A stretch of 64,000 nucleotides of DNA from positions 3,856,894 to 3,920,893 of the forward strand of contig NC_068993.1 of NCBI RefSeq assembly GCF_001194135.2, in the 5' to 3' direction. A model generated the notes under the pieces. The model saw only the letters and a program-made list of their open reading frames with translations, made no database searches and was not told the DNA's origin. Below, piece by piece: positions 11,770 to 25,570 of the stretch. Source of the DNA: Octopus bimaculoides. Its lineage: Eukaryota. Positions within the stretch are counted from its first letter, which is position 1. Each line of letters opens with the position of its first letter. The position numbers and the translations under genes are program-made.

Positions 11770-14700
11770 TATAAAATATTGTTTTTTTCCTAGAATATAT
11801 CCGAAAAATCTAAATGAAAATCATTTTGAAATATCATCATGGAAAGATATTACAAGTCTGAAGAATATTGCAGCAGTGAAAGAAATTTATGAAAAATATA
11901 TTAAGTCAATCTGCTTTTCATTTCGAAAGTTTAATCTTAAGTATTACATATTATTTTTTCGACGATTTATTTGAAAATCTTATGTCAGACGATAGTATAC
12001 AACAAATGTAATGAACATTATATTATATTTCATAAAGTCATAAGATATTTCGAAGTGAGTAAGGCTGGAGACATCAGACATTGAGAGAGATCAACTGGAC
12101 GGAAAAGAGAGGCCTGCTGCTGACAAATCACAGTTAAAGAAGAAAAAAAGCTACGGATGTCTAGTATGAAAATGGCGGGGATAAAGTATACTGAGATAAG
12201 AAACGAACCTGAAACTTTCTTTGTAACAGTTATGCTGGCTCGCACTTGCATAATAAATGATAGTTTTTGTTTTCTTTTACATATATTTTCTCTTCCAACA
12301 TCGTGTATATATTTTACAAGGCTATGAGTTATTCAAGGACAAGTGAAGCCTATGTTGTCGTCATAAATTTGTCATTATTATAGGGTGTATTAATATACCA
12401 TATCCTTCGCTATTAAAACACTCTGAGTATAACATAGCTCACGTATTAAAGTAGCTTCTTTCCTATTGTTTTAGCCAGTGGACTGCAGCTATACTAGGGA
12501 ACTGTTTTGAAAGGATTTTATTCAAAGAAATCGATCCCTGAATTTATTTTTTAAAAGTCCTGCACTTATTTCATCGCACTCTTTAATCGTAACGCTATGT
12601 TTCGGTGACGTAATGAAACAATAATCAATTTCAAGCGCTGGGGCACAAGCATAAATACATTCTAAGGGCTTCATAACCCGACAGCCATGCATAAATTGCA
12701 ACATGTATTGCTATATCTAAATGATAGAACATAGAAATTAAACTATTCCAACATATTTTACTGTGAAATATATTTGAAGAATTAATATTGAATAATGAGC
12801 CTAGAAGAGGAGTCATACTGTAGAACATAGATCTGGTGTCTATTTCGAGAGACAACATTATGCAACGCAATAGAACATGCCCATTGCTGCTTGTTAAAGA
12901 TTTATTGATTTCTTTCAAGGACTGGAATATTACGGTAGACTTTCTAAATCACTGGTTCCCAAACAGACTAATACCAGCTCCCCATCGCCAGGAGAATAGC
13001 GAAATTCTCTCCTCCTCCTTTTATTCACGAAAACACAAAACACTATTAGCATCCCTATAATTTTTTATTCCTCATCAGAGCGTTTGACATGCTCAAAAAT
13101 GTATAAAAACATCTAAATTTTATTAAATATAGCAATTTGTCGGCCCCTTTTCAATCTAGTCAAACCTTTAATGAGAATCAGTGATTTAGACTCTCCCTTT
13201 CCCATCTTTTTTTTCCATGAACCTGGTTAAAATATGATTAAGTAGAGATTGAAATAAATTTATTTGGCCACAATTACGTCTTCATTGGGATATTAATCAC
13301 TTCAATCTATCCGCCTTCATGCCTCACAGACAAAAATTAATAAACATGATGAAGCAATTGGATCTTCCGACAATGATTTATTTTTATGTTTCTGTTCTTC
13401 ATCTGAATCGCAGGGAAACCTAGCATAGAAGACCCTTATGTCATACTAATTGGACACTGTGAATATACACGAAGCTTACTAAAATGTTCTCAGTTGTTAT
13501 ACAAGCTTCGCGGTGAGGCAGAAGCGGAGATATTTGAGCTCAGTGTGTGTTACGTCTTTGAGCACAGCAGAGCAGCGTTGAGAAAAGGAGGACAATAAAT
13601 TCCTAGATAGCTAGAGTTTTCAGATCGATAAAAAAATTGTTAATATAATAAATATAACATAAAAGATAACACATTGGTTTATAACATGGGAGATATGACA
13701 TAGCAGATATACAGGTAATAAAATGTAATAAAATGACTCTTGCAGATATGACAAAATTCGTTGGAACTGGGGGACAGAGTCAAATACAACTATAAAAAGC
13801 CATAGATTGGCAGATAACCAACATTTTATTATGTGAATATTTTCTAAAAAAGAAAATGGTGTAGGTTAGATGGAAATATTTATTTTAAGTTGATCATTAA
13901 CAAACGGTTATTATCTCTATATAATATTTATATTCTTATGATTTAATATTTAGTGTCAAAAATGGTCGCTTAACAAACAATATTTCTTATAGCTTTCTGT
14001 TTTATCACACTAAGTTCTAAGTTAATTCCCTCTAGAAGGACATATTACATGAAACCCATCTCCCGTGGTTTGCTACAATAAGTGCTCGTAAAATAGAAGT
14101 CAATTTATCTGACTACATTCAATATATTTCATGACAGTAAGCATTATTCAATGGCAAATTGGCAAATTCATTAGAGTTAAGGGAAATTATATTATAATAT
14201 TTATGCCATCGCTTTAAGTTCGAATCTCACCGGGACCAACAGTACACTTATTCGCGTCCAATATCAAAGGACTCTGAATGTTCCTCAATTGAGTCTTTTC
14301 TGCTATGCCTCAGCACATCCGCAAATAAATTTCACTCTATTTGCATCATATATGGCTCAGATGGAAACTTCTTTTCGTACGTGAGACCAACAATACATGT
14401 ATAAATATAAATGTGTGTATACACATGCATATATACACATACACCACATCCAACTCATTAACCATCCCCAAACCCATTTCTCAAAGAGCCGTTAATTATA
14501 GCGGTTTAACGTAGTTCGATCTCATTATTACTTACATTAGGCGTATTCGGATATGAGAAGTCGTAACAAAATCAGTGCTGGCTATAAATTCTACAGAAAA
14601 TCTGTAGAGTTATCCTTAACAAGTGATTTAATAGCATTGTTAACACAGTAGGAAACACTATTGACTTACATCAATAGTTTGATATACTTAGTAGTACATT

Positions 14701-17700
14701 ATGGTTGTGTCACGAAATACGGTGTCTCTATAAATCATTGACAAATATGCCTACATAAGAAACGTTCTTCTCACAATATTCTTCCTTATTGAGCTAATAT
14801 TGTGATAGGGAAGGAAAGTTAAACGGCCGGGTCATATGATAAAAAAACGCCGCAAAATTAAGTGGCACTGGTGTTCTGGTAAAACTTTACAAACGATAGA
14901 CCATGTGGTAAATCTTTTAGTTGGGGGACGTCTTAGACACAGTGTGACCGATAAAAATAGTGGAGGGAATACGATGAGTGGTCAGTGTTGCGGCAGGGAG
15001 GATCTCACAAATGACTTCGCGACTACGTTGAGATATATTCCTTTCTTGCGTGTGAGTAGGAATGTTTGAGCAAATAGAAGAACTTATCTATTTTCCTGTG
15101 TTTATGTGATTCAAGATGTTTATAAATCATAATGACATTTCTATGCTATGCTTTTCCTCCTTTAGTTTCACATTCAGCGTAGCCATTCAAACTTTAATTT
15201 TCCTTTTATATCATATTCTCGACCTGTCATCATTGTTATTGTTTTATACCAATTATGAAAATATCGGATTGACTTCATGCAGAAATTGTCACCAAGGGAA
15301 TTTGGATATTCTAGATATGGTTTCAATTTACGAAATTGCATTTATAACACTAACTGGACTTTTGATCTATGATATACGATATCATGATCAGCCGACGTTT
15401 ACGAAGATTTCTTTGCCTGTTTTATTTTTAACAGAAAAGAACCCCATAAAAAACGGACAAAAACATAGACGTGATTGATCTTCTGTACGAAATATCAAAG
15501 TCAACTTCGGCTATAATTGGTTTCGTCCTTTTTAAGTGCTGCCAACGAACCTCTAGCAATTTGGACTGTTATTTAATACGTGATTTTACTCCTACCACTG
15601 CAAGTATATTTTCTTTTTTTTTTCACTCACCCACTCATCGTTCTTGTCGTGGTCGTCGCCGTTGTTGTTGTCATCATCATCATTTCCACCGATGACGGTT
15701 TTGCAGTCAAATCTTACGATAGTGAAAATAATAACTATACTTCCTATATTTTAAAATAATATTCGCAAAAATCGTTATTTTCATTAGTATTTCAGCCATG
15801 TATCATTTTGCCATACGATGCTTAATTTTTACTTTTCTGATTTGACCAGCTAACGAACATTTTGATTATAGTTGGCTGGCTGGCTGTTTGAATGGCTGGT
15901 TTGTTGACTGACTCTCAAACTGTGTTGCTGAGATTCAAAGGATTTGGACAGACCCTCTCTGTGAACGATTTTCAAAATATGAAGCAAAGAGTTGAGACTT
16001 GATAGCAGAAGAAACTTCCATGAGGCTAAAAAGTCCAAAGTCATATTGAAACGTTCCTTGTGGTTATATGTATATTATGTATGTATGTATGTGTGTATGT
16101 ATGTATGTATGTATGTATGTATGTATGTATAGAACGTGGCTATATCGATTACATTTCTCTTGAAATCTATTGGTCAACCCAGAGTTAATTGATGAAGATA
16201 TATGCTTCATCTGATGTTTAATCAAATTAAACAGCAAACCACTTGAATAAGACGAAACTTCTTACTTTTTATCTCCACTCCTGCTTTTCTAACTAAAGTG
16301 GACTTTTGGTTTTCAGGAAGCTTTGGTCTTGGTTACAAACAAATTGTTTGAACAGATATACATAAAAAATAATAACACAATAGAATGTTTTATTGCTAAA
16401 TATTTCCATTCGTGAGTTAAGCTTCAATATTATAAACCCATTTTACCTTCCACTTTCCGTTCATAGAGTAAAATAAGGCACTAACAATGTTATTTAGCAA
16501 TTATATATCTGAATGTGATTTGTAATATTTCGTTCCTTTGATAGAGGTTAAGTATAACATAAAACTACAAGAAATTAGCGGAGGAAATGGGATTACTGTT
16601 TCTTCGTTTTTCTATATACATTATTACACAATATTGGAGCAACCATGCTGAAATGTAATCTCAGATTAACTGGGTTTTCCAGATAATATTCTGCCTTTTA
16701 ATGTAATGTTTTATGAGTATTTGTTAAAGTGTTTCTCTAAAAGAGAAAGCTGTCAGCCACCTGTAGCATAAATGTTTAACTATTAAATAAAACAATCTTT
16801 TCAAAGAAATTAAATATATCGTGATACTTCAAATTTGTTTTTATATAATTTTTAGATACGTCGTGCTATATCCTATTGAGGAAGACATGGCAGCAGGTAT
16901 TTTTTTTGGCACCATTTACGTATCTCTAATATAAGTATCATGGTGTTTTCATTTTCTAATTAGGGCCGGATAATATGAAGGTAGAAAAAGGATGACATGA
17001 CAATTCGCCATAAATGAGATAAAACAAAGTTTGATTCACAGGTAAGGTAAAACACTTGAATTAATCGGTTTTATATAATGCGTAAGTTGTGTTGGTATAT
17101 GTCGTTCGATATTCAGTAGTCTAGATTTAACTACAAATGTACAAAAAACCGAGCAGAACACAAATCGATGGTATCATAGAACTGTTTTTGCTGAATTTTC
17201 TTTCTTCGCTTATAGCTTATTTGGATTACTGGGCAATATATTCCACGTGTTGACACATATAGGAATCTACTTTAATAAGCATGCATTGCGCTGCCAGTTA
17301 CCAAGAAAAATTATATCTAGCTACGCCAAATTCTGGATCTTTTGGCAGTTGATATTATTATTCGTCCTACGGTTTACTGATCCACATACATAAGTGAAAG
17401 CATACAGTTTTGTACTTAATCAGTTCATTAAAACTATATTTTTCATTATATATACCAGCGCCGTTCCTAATAGGTCAGATGAGAATATCAAGAGCGATTT
17501 TTTGACCTGAAGCAAACGACAGCAATCTTTCCCGTACTACCTATCACGCTAACTAACCCTCACTTTCTCCGTAATATATTGTCACTGAAGCAAAATGCTG
17601 CTAATCGAGGAACGTTTACCAAACGCTCGTTCTTATACAGACATCAATTGTGGTTACAAGCTGTAAGCCATCTGTTATAATATATGTATGTGAGAGCGTG

Positions 17701-19305
17701 TTTGTACGTATGTGTATGTATACGTGAATACATGTGTGCGTGTGTGTGAGTGAGAGAGAGACAGAGACAAAATGCGTGGCAAGAGTTAAATCCTTTCTCA
17801 TGATGCAGGAGACATCGCAATATTATTAGAGAAGGAAACATTTGATCTATATCATCACAGTTAATAACAGTAAGCGCCACCCTAACTACGATTAAAACTT
17901 TTCAGGTTAATCTTTCTTTGATTTTCCAGCCGATGAACGTGCATATATACCTTACATCAAGTAGCATTCTTTTCCATATAAGACTGGAAGGCATAATTTG
18001 AAGAAAATTTAACTGCTATTTCTAACACATTGCAAAAAAAATGATTCCTTTGCTTAATAATGGCAAAATTAAATTAGTATTCATACAATTGTATTTTACG
18101 ATATATTTCTTTTAATTCTCCTATTCAAATAGTAACACTTCATAAGAATTTATGGATTACAACTTTTGAACCCCAAAACACAGTTTTTAAATATACATTC
18201 TCTAAAAATGCAGGTCTGTAAAAAAAAACGATGTTGTTCATTTTCTATTTGTTTTTCTTTGTTTTACCAGCACTATATCAATATATTGGCTCTTAGTGAG
18301 GCTATTCACTGATTTCATTTTATTTATTTCTCGTGTGAAAAATCTGCATAAAATTAAATCAATTGTTTTATTTTTTTATAATCTTTATTATGACAACCCG
18401 TGCAATTTATATTCAATAGTGGCGAATGGTCAACCATTTGGAGACAGAGACGATGTTTATGTTGTTTAAATGGCTCCATAGTTTTGGCTTTAGTAAGATT
18501 ATTGATTCAATTTATTATAATATTTCCAGCCTCTGATTTTGATATTTTAACATGAAATGAACGCTAACTCTTTCAGAAGCTGTTTTACTATTTATCACTT
18601 GTAGCAAATACCGGTCGTGTGGAGATGTTCAGCACTAGCTCTTCCTCTATAACACCAATTAATATATATATATATATATANNNNNNNNNNNNNNNNNNNN
18701 NNNNNNNNNNNNNNNNNNNNNNNNNNNNNNNNNNNNNNNNNNNNNNNNNNNNNNNNNNNNNNNNNNNNNNNNNNNNNNNNNNNNNNNNNNNNNNNNNNNN
18801 NNNNNNNNNNNNNNNNNNNNNNNNNNNNNNNNNNNNNNNNNNNNNATACAGTTACATTATATCATAATATAATAAACAAAGCTGATGCAATATAGCATTT
18901 TCCCGTTGATACAACGGTAATCGATTAACCCCAACAAAGAATATGACATATAGTAGTTGTATAGATTCCTGAAAAGTAAAATTCAAATCAGTCTAGGTGA
19001 GATTTGAAATTACAATGTAAGTAGATGTACCTAATTACGGATGGGATCTATACTTCTCACTCATCTGGATATAGTTCTTACAATCTCTGGTACGTTCTCC
19101 CTCAAGAACAGTTAAGAAGTAGAGGGGTAGAGAAAGAATTTCTCTGCTTTAACACACGTCGCTCTGCTTGTAATCGGGTTCAACTGTGAAGCCATGAAGA
19201 GAGATATCGGATAATAGTTTGTAACTTTTGAATTCCTATTTCAACTGTGTGGCGTCTCTTACTCTCATAACACAGAAAAATCAGTAGGAAGGGACATATA
19301 TTTGT

Positions 19306-19357
19306 TTCAAATTTTGGCACAAAACCAGCGTGGTAACGGTTCCGCCAGCTCACCGGC
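19306..19357 (-). mobile_element. SINE family A reduced to its two termini
   Basis: TTCAAATTTTGGCACAAAACCAGC (3' end) is joined directly to GTGGTAACGGTTCCGCCAGCTCACCG (5' head). Confidence 0.7.
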
Positions 19358-19392
19358 TTAGAAATGTCACCAATACTGCTTTCAACTTTTAG

Positions 19393-19565
19393 CCCAAAGC
19401 CAGCAATTTCGAGGTGCTAATCAATTACATCGAACTCAGGTATCATCTAGTAATTATTTTATCCACCCAGAAAAGATGAAAGGCAAAGTCTGCCTGGGCA
19501 ATATTTGCACACAGCATGTAGACGGATGAGATGCTGTCTTTATGTTCTAAGCAGTTCGCTGCCTT
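19393..19565 (-). mobile_element. SINE family A, diverged
   Basis: GCCAGCAATTTCG...GATGAAAGGCAAAGTC...GTTCGCTGCC is colinear with the minus-strand copy at 58771. Confidence 0.7.
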
Positions 19566-19588
19566 GAAAGTAACACCAATGGTGATTT

Positions 19589-19685
19589 CAAATTTGGCAC
19601 AAGACCGGTAGAAGAGTAACTTGATTTCTGGTTGAAGGGTATGGAATGCATCAATCTTAGTGCTCAACCGGTACTTCATCCACTG
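19589..19685 (-). mobile_element. SINE family A 3' fragment
   Basis: TTCAAATTTGGCACAAGACC ... AGTGCTCAACCGGTACTT. Confidence 0.55.
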
Positions 19686-22067
19686 ATCTCGCGATGCAGA
19701 TGTTCCATTACAAAAAACGAGACTCTGAAATGTAAATTATGAAAACAAATTTTATAAAAATCCAAAACAAATCTTTGAAACAATCCATTTAAATAAAAAG
19801 ATTGTATCTGAGACTACATATAAACATTTCCCATTTTTCATTTTCTTAATTTTTTCATTAATTAATGTTGTTTATGTTTCGTCGATTTTATTCAACTTAG
19901 TATTTTATAATATATATTTACTCATCGCATTTTCGTTATTTCTTTAATGCTCGGAATTATTTTCTCTTTCTTATTTTCTTCTATTTTTACTAATTCGGAA
20001 TTGCAAATCATTTTCGCCAAATAGCACTTTTGTCATTTCTATCAGTGCAGCTTCAGCAAACAAGACCAGTGGAGTTAAATTACATTGCATATAGCTCACA
20101 GTCATCATAAGTAATGACTAAGTTTTGAGCTGCATTATCTATCTCTAATAATTAGAAATAGATAAGTATAGCTGTCAGTCACTCAATTATTAATTTTTTT
20201 TTTGTCTGCTGGTTCCGTAAATATTTATCGCTTATAGGCTTTCTTAGTAACTTAAACGACAATTAACAATTAAGTAATTACACTGATGCATGTTGATTTG
20301 AAAGAATTGGACTGGAACGTGTCTTTTAATATTAGCTGATTTCTCTCTTCCCTCAAATATGACGTCACATTTTTTAAATTTCAAATTGACTTTTGATATA
20401 TTTTTGTGGTTTTGACATTTTATTTCACGTTGTTCCAGTCCACTGAGGGTTGCAAAAATGAGTTATACCAGTAATTCGAATGTCCGGTCTTGGCACATTT
20501 TGTGTCACGCTAAATCTTCCTGAGAACAACATGTGTCTGTGCAGTGCTCAACCACTTGCACCTGAATTTTACGAACAGGCTGTTCCCTTGTTCGTATCAA
20601 CTGGAACACTCATTTTCGTCACCGGCGAAATGCAAGTTGATCTTATTGTTAAAATATATAATAAACATTAAAATAACTCATACTGAAAGAAGGGCAAAAA
20701 AAAGAAGAAAATACAAATAAAAAAGAATAAATATAATGCTTTTCCATAAATTGTTTCCACAGTGTTTTTATTTAATATGAAGTAGGAAAACAATCTGCAT
20801 CAGAAATTGATCTGATATTCTACTAACTCTAACTTTAGAGGCTCCAAATTCTTAAAGAGTAACAGCTTATATAAGTAACGGCACGCTCTGTTAGTTGTAC
20901 GCTGTGCAGATAATTGAGCAAAGAATGTGTCAGCATTAAATGAGGATTTCAACATATTTTTTTGTTACACAGTTCTCTTGCTTCTACGTATTTGTGGGTG
21001 CGGTTAAATTACGAAACACAAAGAAGTGATTTCTGTTATAGCCACAGTTCTAAGACGTTGTAGCAGATAGAATCTTGGAGGTAACCCGGTGAAAGGTCCA
21101 TTATTCTTCCATACCACTTGGCATATGGGTGACTGTAAATTAATCGATACTGTTGCATATCTTTGCGTCAGACTTTCATTGATTGTATGAGTAAGTTCCT
21201 CACATCATCGCACACGTTATGGAGTCCAGGACAGGTTTCATTGGCGGCGACAGTTTCTAATCATTAGGATCAAAATTGAAGAATGTCTGATTAATCTTAA
21301 CAGTGTAATATTTCCTGAATGTTATTCTAATAATTTTCACTGCAATAAGCATAAATCGAACAGTTTCGAATTACAGGAAGTGCAATGAAATATTTTCGCC
21401 TTTCGAAACAGCATTTTCTATGTGAAATATAACATCTTCAACTTGGAAGCGAACTCAACGTTTAGATTAGTTTACCATTAAATATTTGAAAATTCGCCCG
21501 ATTAACATACATCAATTGAATCAATACCATTATACTGTTTCCATTTTCTAAATCCAATTGTTTTCTTCACACCCCACAGATAAACGACGGTCCAAAATAT
21601 TTGTAACGTTACGTTGACACACCTTATCACAGAAATTATTTTCATTCAAACTTGATGTACATCGAAAATTGTTTCGTGGAATTTAATATCTTAAGACTAA
21701 AACAACTTTGCTAAAATTATAAGCTTACACTCAGATACGAATTTAGCTTTGTACACTAAACAGAATAAGGTTTCGTTATCAGCTTACAAGGCAGTCAAAG
21801 TTAATCTCACTTCAATGTGATAAGAACGTTAATAAGAATATCTCTTGCAGAGATAAAGTGCCATTTTGTCTTTCCCTTATATTTCAAACAAAACGAATCA
21901 AGTTACTGTGAATTGAATCAGTTAAAGTATGTCAGTGGAAGGAAGATCATTAACATCAATATCTTTAAAAAGATAATTTCGTTTGCTTAAATCGCAATAT
22001 GTTGTTTATTTCTTTTGAAACACACACACACACACTTATATATAAACATGTATATGTAGATTCCTGT

Positions 22068-22118
<51 letters not shown>

Positions 22119-23463
22119 CATATATACACATATACAAATACGTGTTCATGTGTGTGTATGAGTGTGTGCTATAAACGTTTTCAACATAATAAGGCCTTTA
22201 ATCTTATATTCAGATTATAAATGAAAAGAAAATACTTACTGAAGCGATTCATTTTTCTCACAAGTACAAAATAAAAATGTGGTGAAACGAGGCAACGTAT
22301 AAGTAATCCGTTTGACTCGAAGGTTTGATAAGAAAAATTTACTCTTCTATATTAGGACTTGAATAATGCGAAGATAAGTAGCTCTAAATCAAACAACCAA
22401 AAATTGGAAAGTAACTATAGAAGATCAGGTAAGAATCAAGAGCATTAAAGTACAAACAGTTTTGTGTCTTAGCTTTATCCTTTTCTTTACGCTAAATGTT
22501 CCAAAACCCAGGTCTTAGTTAGAAGCTTTGAGTTCAAATTTACATCTATCGTTTATCAAATTGGCGTATAAATGCAAAATTAAGATGTATCTAATGCATA
22601 TCTATATGTGGGATAATATTGAGAATTACATCTGAACGATCAAAGTTTTGCAGCAATCCCCAGCTTTTGTTGCTGATGGTTAAAACCGTACTTTTCTATT
22701 TTGATTTTTCATTCCAAACTGAACAGCTTATAAAAATATACAATACTTTATTTTAGCGTAAGAAACTATGTAAGGTCTTTGAGATGACGGAAATTTAATT
22801 TCCATTTGAACATTAGGTCAATACAAATCTCTGAAAGGATATACATTCTTACATAACTCTAACTATTCCAATAACATTGCTGACATTAAAAATTAGAACT
22901 GAATGTATGAAGAAAAATGACAATTGCAAAAAAGAAAGAAGTGAGAAAAGATTTTAAAATATACATGCTTTTCCAAACATTATATTTAAAATGAAAATAG
23001 GTTTTCAACGTTCCCATGACTCAAGAATAAACTCCAGCAATACATTGTTATTTGAGATGAAATAAATATGAGTTTCATAACGAAAGAATTATCTGAAAAG
23101 TGATAAAGTGCTTATATTTTAAAGTTAGACTATAACCGTGCCGTGGGAAAGAACGATGGCATTATTTTTACAATGTTACAAAAAGTAGGTCTAATACAAT
23201 GCATTTCTTTATTTTTTATTTTGACATTGAAAATCATTTAGGGGTCATTTAGAAAAACAACAGTAATAAAATAATAATTTGCGCAGGCGTGACAGCGTAG
23301 TTAAGGAAATTGCTAGCAGCCATTGCCCTTCGATCTCGATCGAAGCATATATATATATATGTAATCATATGTAGATATATATGTATATATATGCATATAT
23401 ATACATGAGCAGCTGTTGAAGTTTACCATATAGCTTACTACAAATTTCATATTTAACGGCCTA

Positions 23464-23496
<33 letters not shown>

Positions 23497-25044
23497 NNNN
23501 NNNNNNTTTAGCTACTGCTTATGCAATTTCATTCTCTGAAAATTCAATTTTCATTTCTAAAAAGTTTGCTGCTTGGGCGTGCTGGAAAATACTTTCGCTT
23601 TTTAAGATTATTTTACACATTATTTATTTAAAAATCTCTTAGCGTACGGGAACGTTTATGAAAATTTATGAGAAAGTTTAAAGAAAATGGAACACATTAT
23701 TTAACAGTAATTTCTATTACTAGTTCAATATTGTTCTGCATACACTTAGCAATCGACTCCAGACGGATTGGGCATGAGGCAGCAAAGAGGCGTTTTATTG
23801 TTCTGTTTCTAATGATGCAGAAAGCTATTAACTGTTACAGCACTAATTGTGACAGGAAACCTATACATCCAACATTAGTGCCCTCGATACTTATCAGATG
23901 ATGTCACGCACCTAAAGATAGTGAATATATCTGTGTTTTAGAGCTATTGGGCAATTTATCTGGAAACAAAATGTATTCGTTCTGCCAGTTTCAGAAGTAA
24001 AATTTAGAATTTCTTTGCGACATAAATATCACGTAACCAAGCATTTGCCCCAGAAGCAATGAAAGAATTTTACAATGTCTTCAATTTTTTCTTAAATCAC
24101 CTAGTTATTTTATACTGATTTCTCTTTTTGTGTGTTTATCTCTTACTTTCTCATCTGTTCTTTTCACTTTTTATCCTGCAGGTCTGTTAACTTCCTTTCT
24201 GGAGTAAATAATTCAACGAAGAAACAGAAAATAAATCGGCACCTTAGTGCCCGGACAACATCTTGATTTGAAACGAATGTCTGATATCAGAGTAAAGATG
24301 TCAGACTCCATCTTTAAAACCGATTAATGATTTACCAGTCAATCAGTCGATGTTCGTTCAAATTCTAGTATAATTAAACTGAAGTTGTGTTTCGATAATT
24401 CATTATTACATAACATCTTTTTGTATGTCAGCTGACATTTGCCACACTTAAAGTAATTAATTTAAGAGTAAATAGGTGTCCATTTAAGTTAAGAGATATT
24501 CTTGTCTTCATTACAAAAAGAAAAACAAAAACTGTAGGGATTTAAAGCGATAGCTAGTAGACCAACAAATTCAGAGCCGGGGACTCCGTTGAAAGTACAG
24601 TCCATAAAACATCGTATCTAAATAAGACAACACTGTCTTAGATGTATAAGTTTTATGTGATTGAAATAAGAAATTCCTGATCAACATTTATTACACACTC
24701 TTTTTTTTTCCTTCTCTTCTACAGTAAATAAGTTTATGTATTGTAGTGCAATTTACATTAGTTAAAATGTACTGATATTCATTTACACTCTATATTGATG
24801 AGATTCAATTGCACTAAAATAGGTGTATACGTATATAGAGGCGACGATCACCGAAACGGTAGAAAATGAAACAAAATGCATATATGTTTTATTAAATTTA
24901 TATGCATTAAAAAAATACATATATACGATATTCCTTGTACGTCATTAACGAAACATAGATTCGTAGGAAGATGATTATCTCCCTTTTTATGTAAATGAAC
25001 TTCAGAACCAAATTACATGAGCCTTACAATATGAGTTACGGGCA

Positions 25045-25158
25045 AGACAGCGACATGGCAGAAACGTTAGCACGCCGGGCGAAATGCTTAGCGGTATTTC
25101 GTCTGCCGCTATGTTCTGAGTTCTAATTCCGCCGAGGTCGAATTTGCCTTTCATCCTT
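25045..25158 (+). mobile_element. SINE family A 5' half (left part of a chimera)
   Basis: Near-identical to 83-195, then switches family after CATCCTT. Confidence 0.85.
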
Positions 25159-25282
25159 ACCAACCACATGGTTCCGGGTTCATTCCCACTGCGTACCACC
25201 TTGGGAAAATGTCCTCGGGCCGACCAAAGCCTTGTGAGTGGATTTGGTAGACGGAAACTGTAAGAAGCCCGTCGTATATATG

Positions 25283-25362
<80 letters not shown>

Positions 25363-25570
25363 TGTGTGTTTTTGTGTCTGTGTTTGTACCCAACATCGCT
25401 TGACAACCGATGCTAGTTTGTTTACGTCCCCGTAACTTAGCGGTTCAGCAAAAGAAACCCGATGGAATAAGTGCTAGGCTTACAAAGAATAAGTCCTGGG
25501 GTCGATTTGCTCGACTAAAGGCGGTGCTCCAGCATGGCTGCAGTCAAATGACTGAAACAAGTAAAAGAGT
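25159..25570 (+). mobile_element. SINE 'family B' lacking its head, with internal (TA)n(TG)n
   Basis: Colinear with the reverse complement of 52770-53167 from ACCAACCAC through GCAGTCAAATGACTGAAACAAGTAAAAG. Confidence 0.85.

Noticed and set aside
12060-12170. Protein-like reading VRLETSDIERDQLDGKERPAADKSQLKKKKSYGCLV
   Set aside because: Bounded by stops, with no start codon and no credible acceptor.
12475-12965. Possible hAT transposon relic (CACTGGTTCCCAAAC resembles a Charlie TIR; ORFs 12522-12918)
   Set aside because: No matching second TIR or TSD, and no convincing transposase motif in any frame.
15116-15478. 120-aa hydrophobic ORF
   Set aside because: TTG start, compositionally explained by T-rich DNA, no recognisable domain.
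24255-24312. Similarity to the miR-8/200 3' end (TAAAGATGTC) with CATCTT upstream
   Set aside because: Seed region absent and the hairpin is short and poorly paired; not a pre-miRNA.
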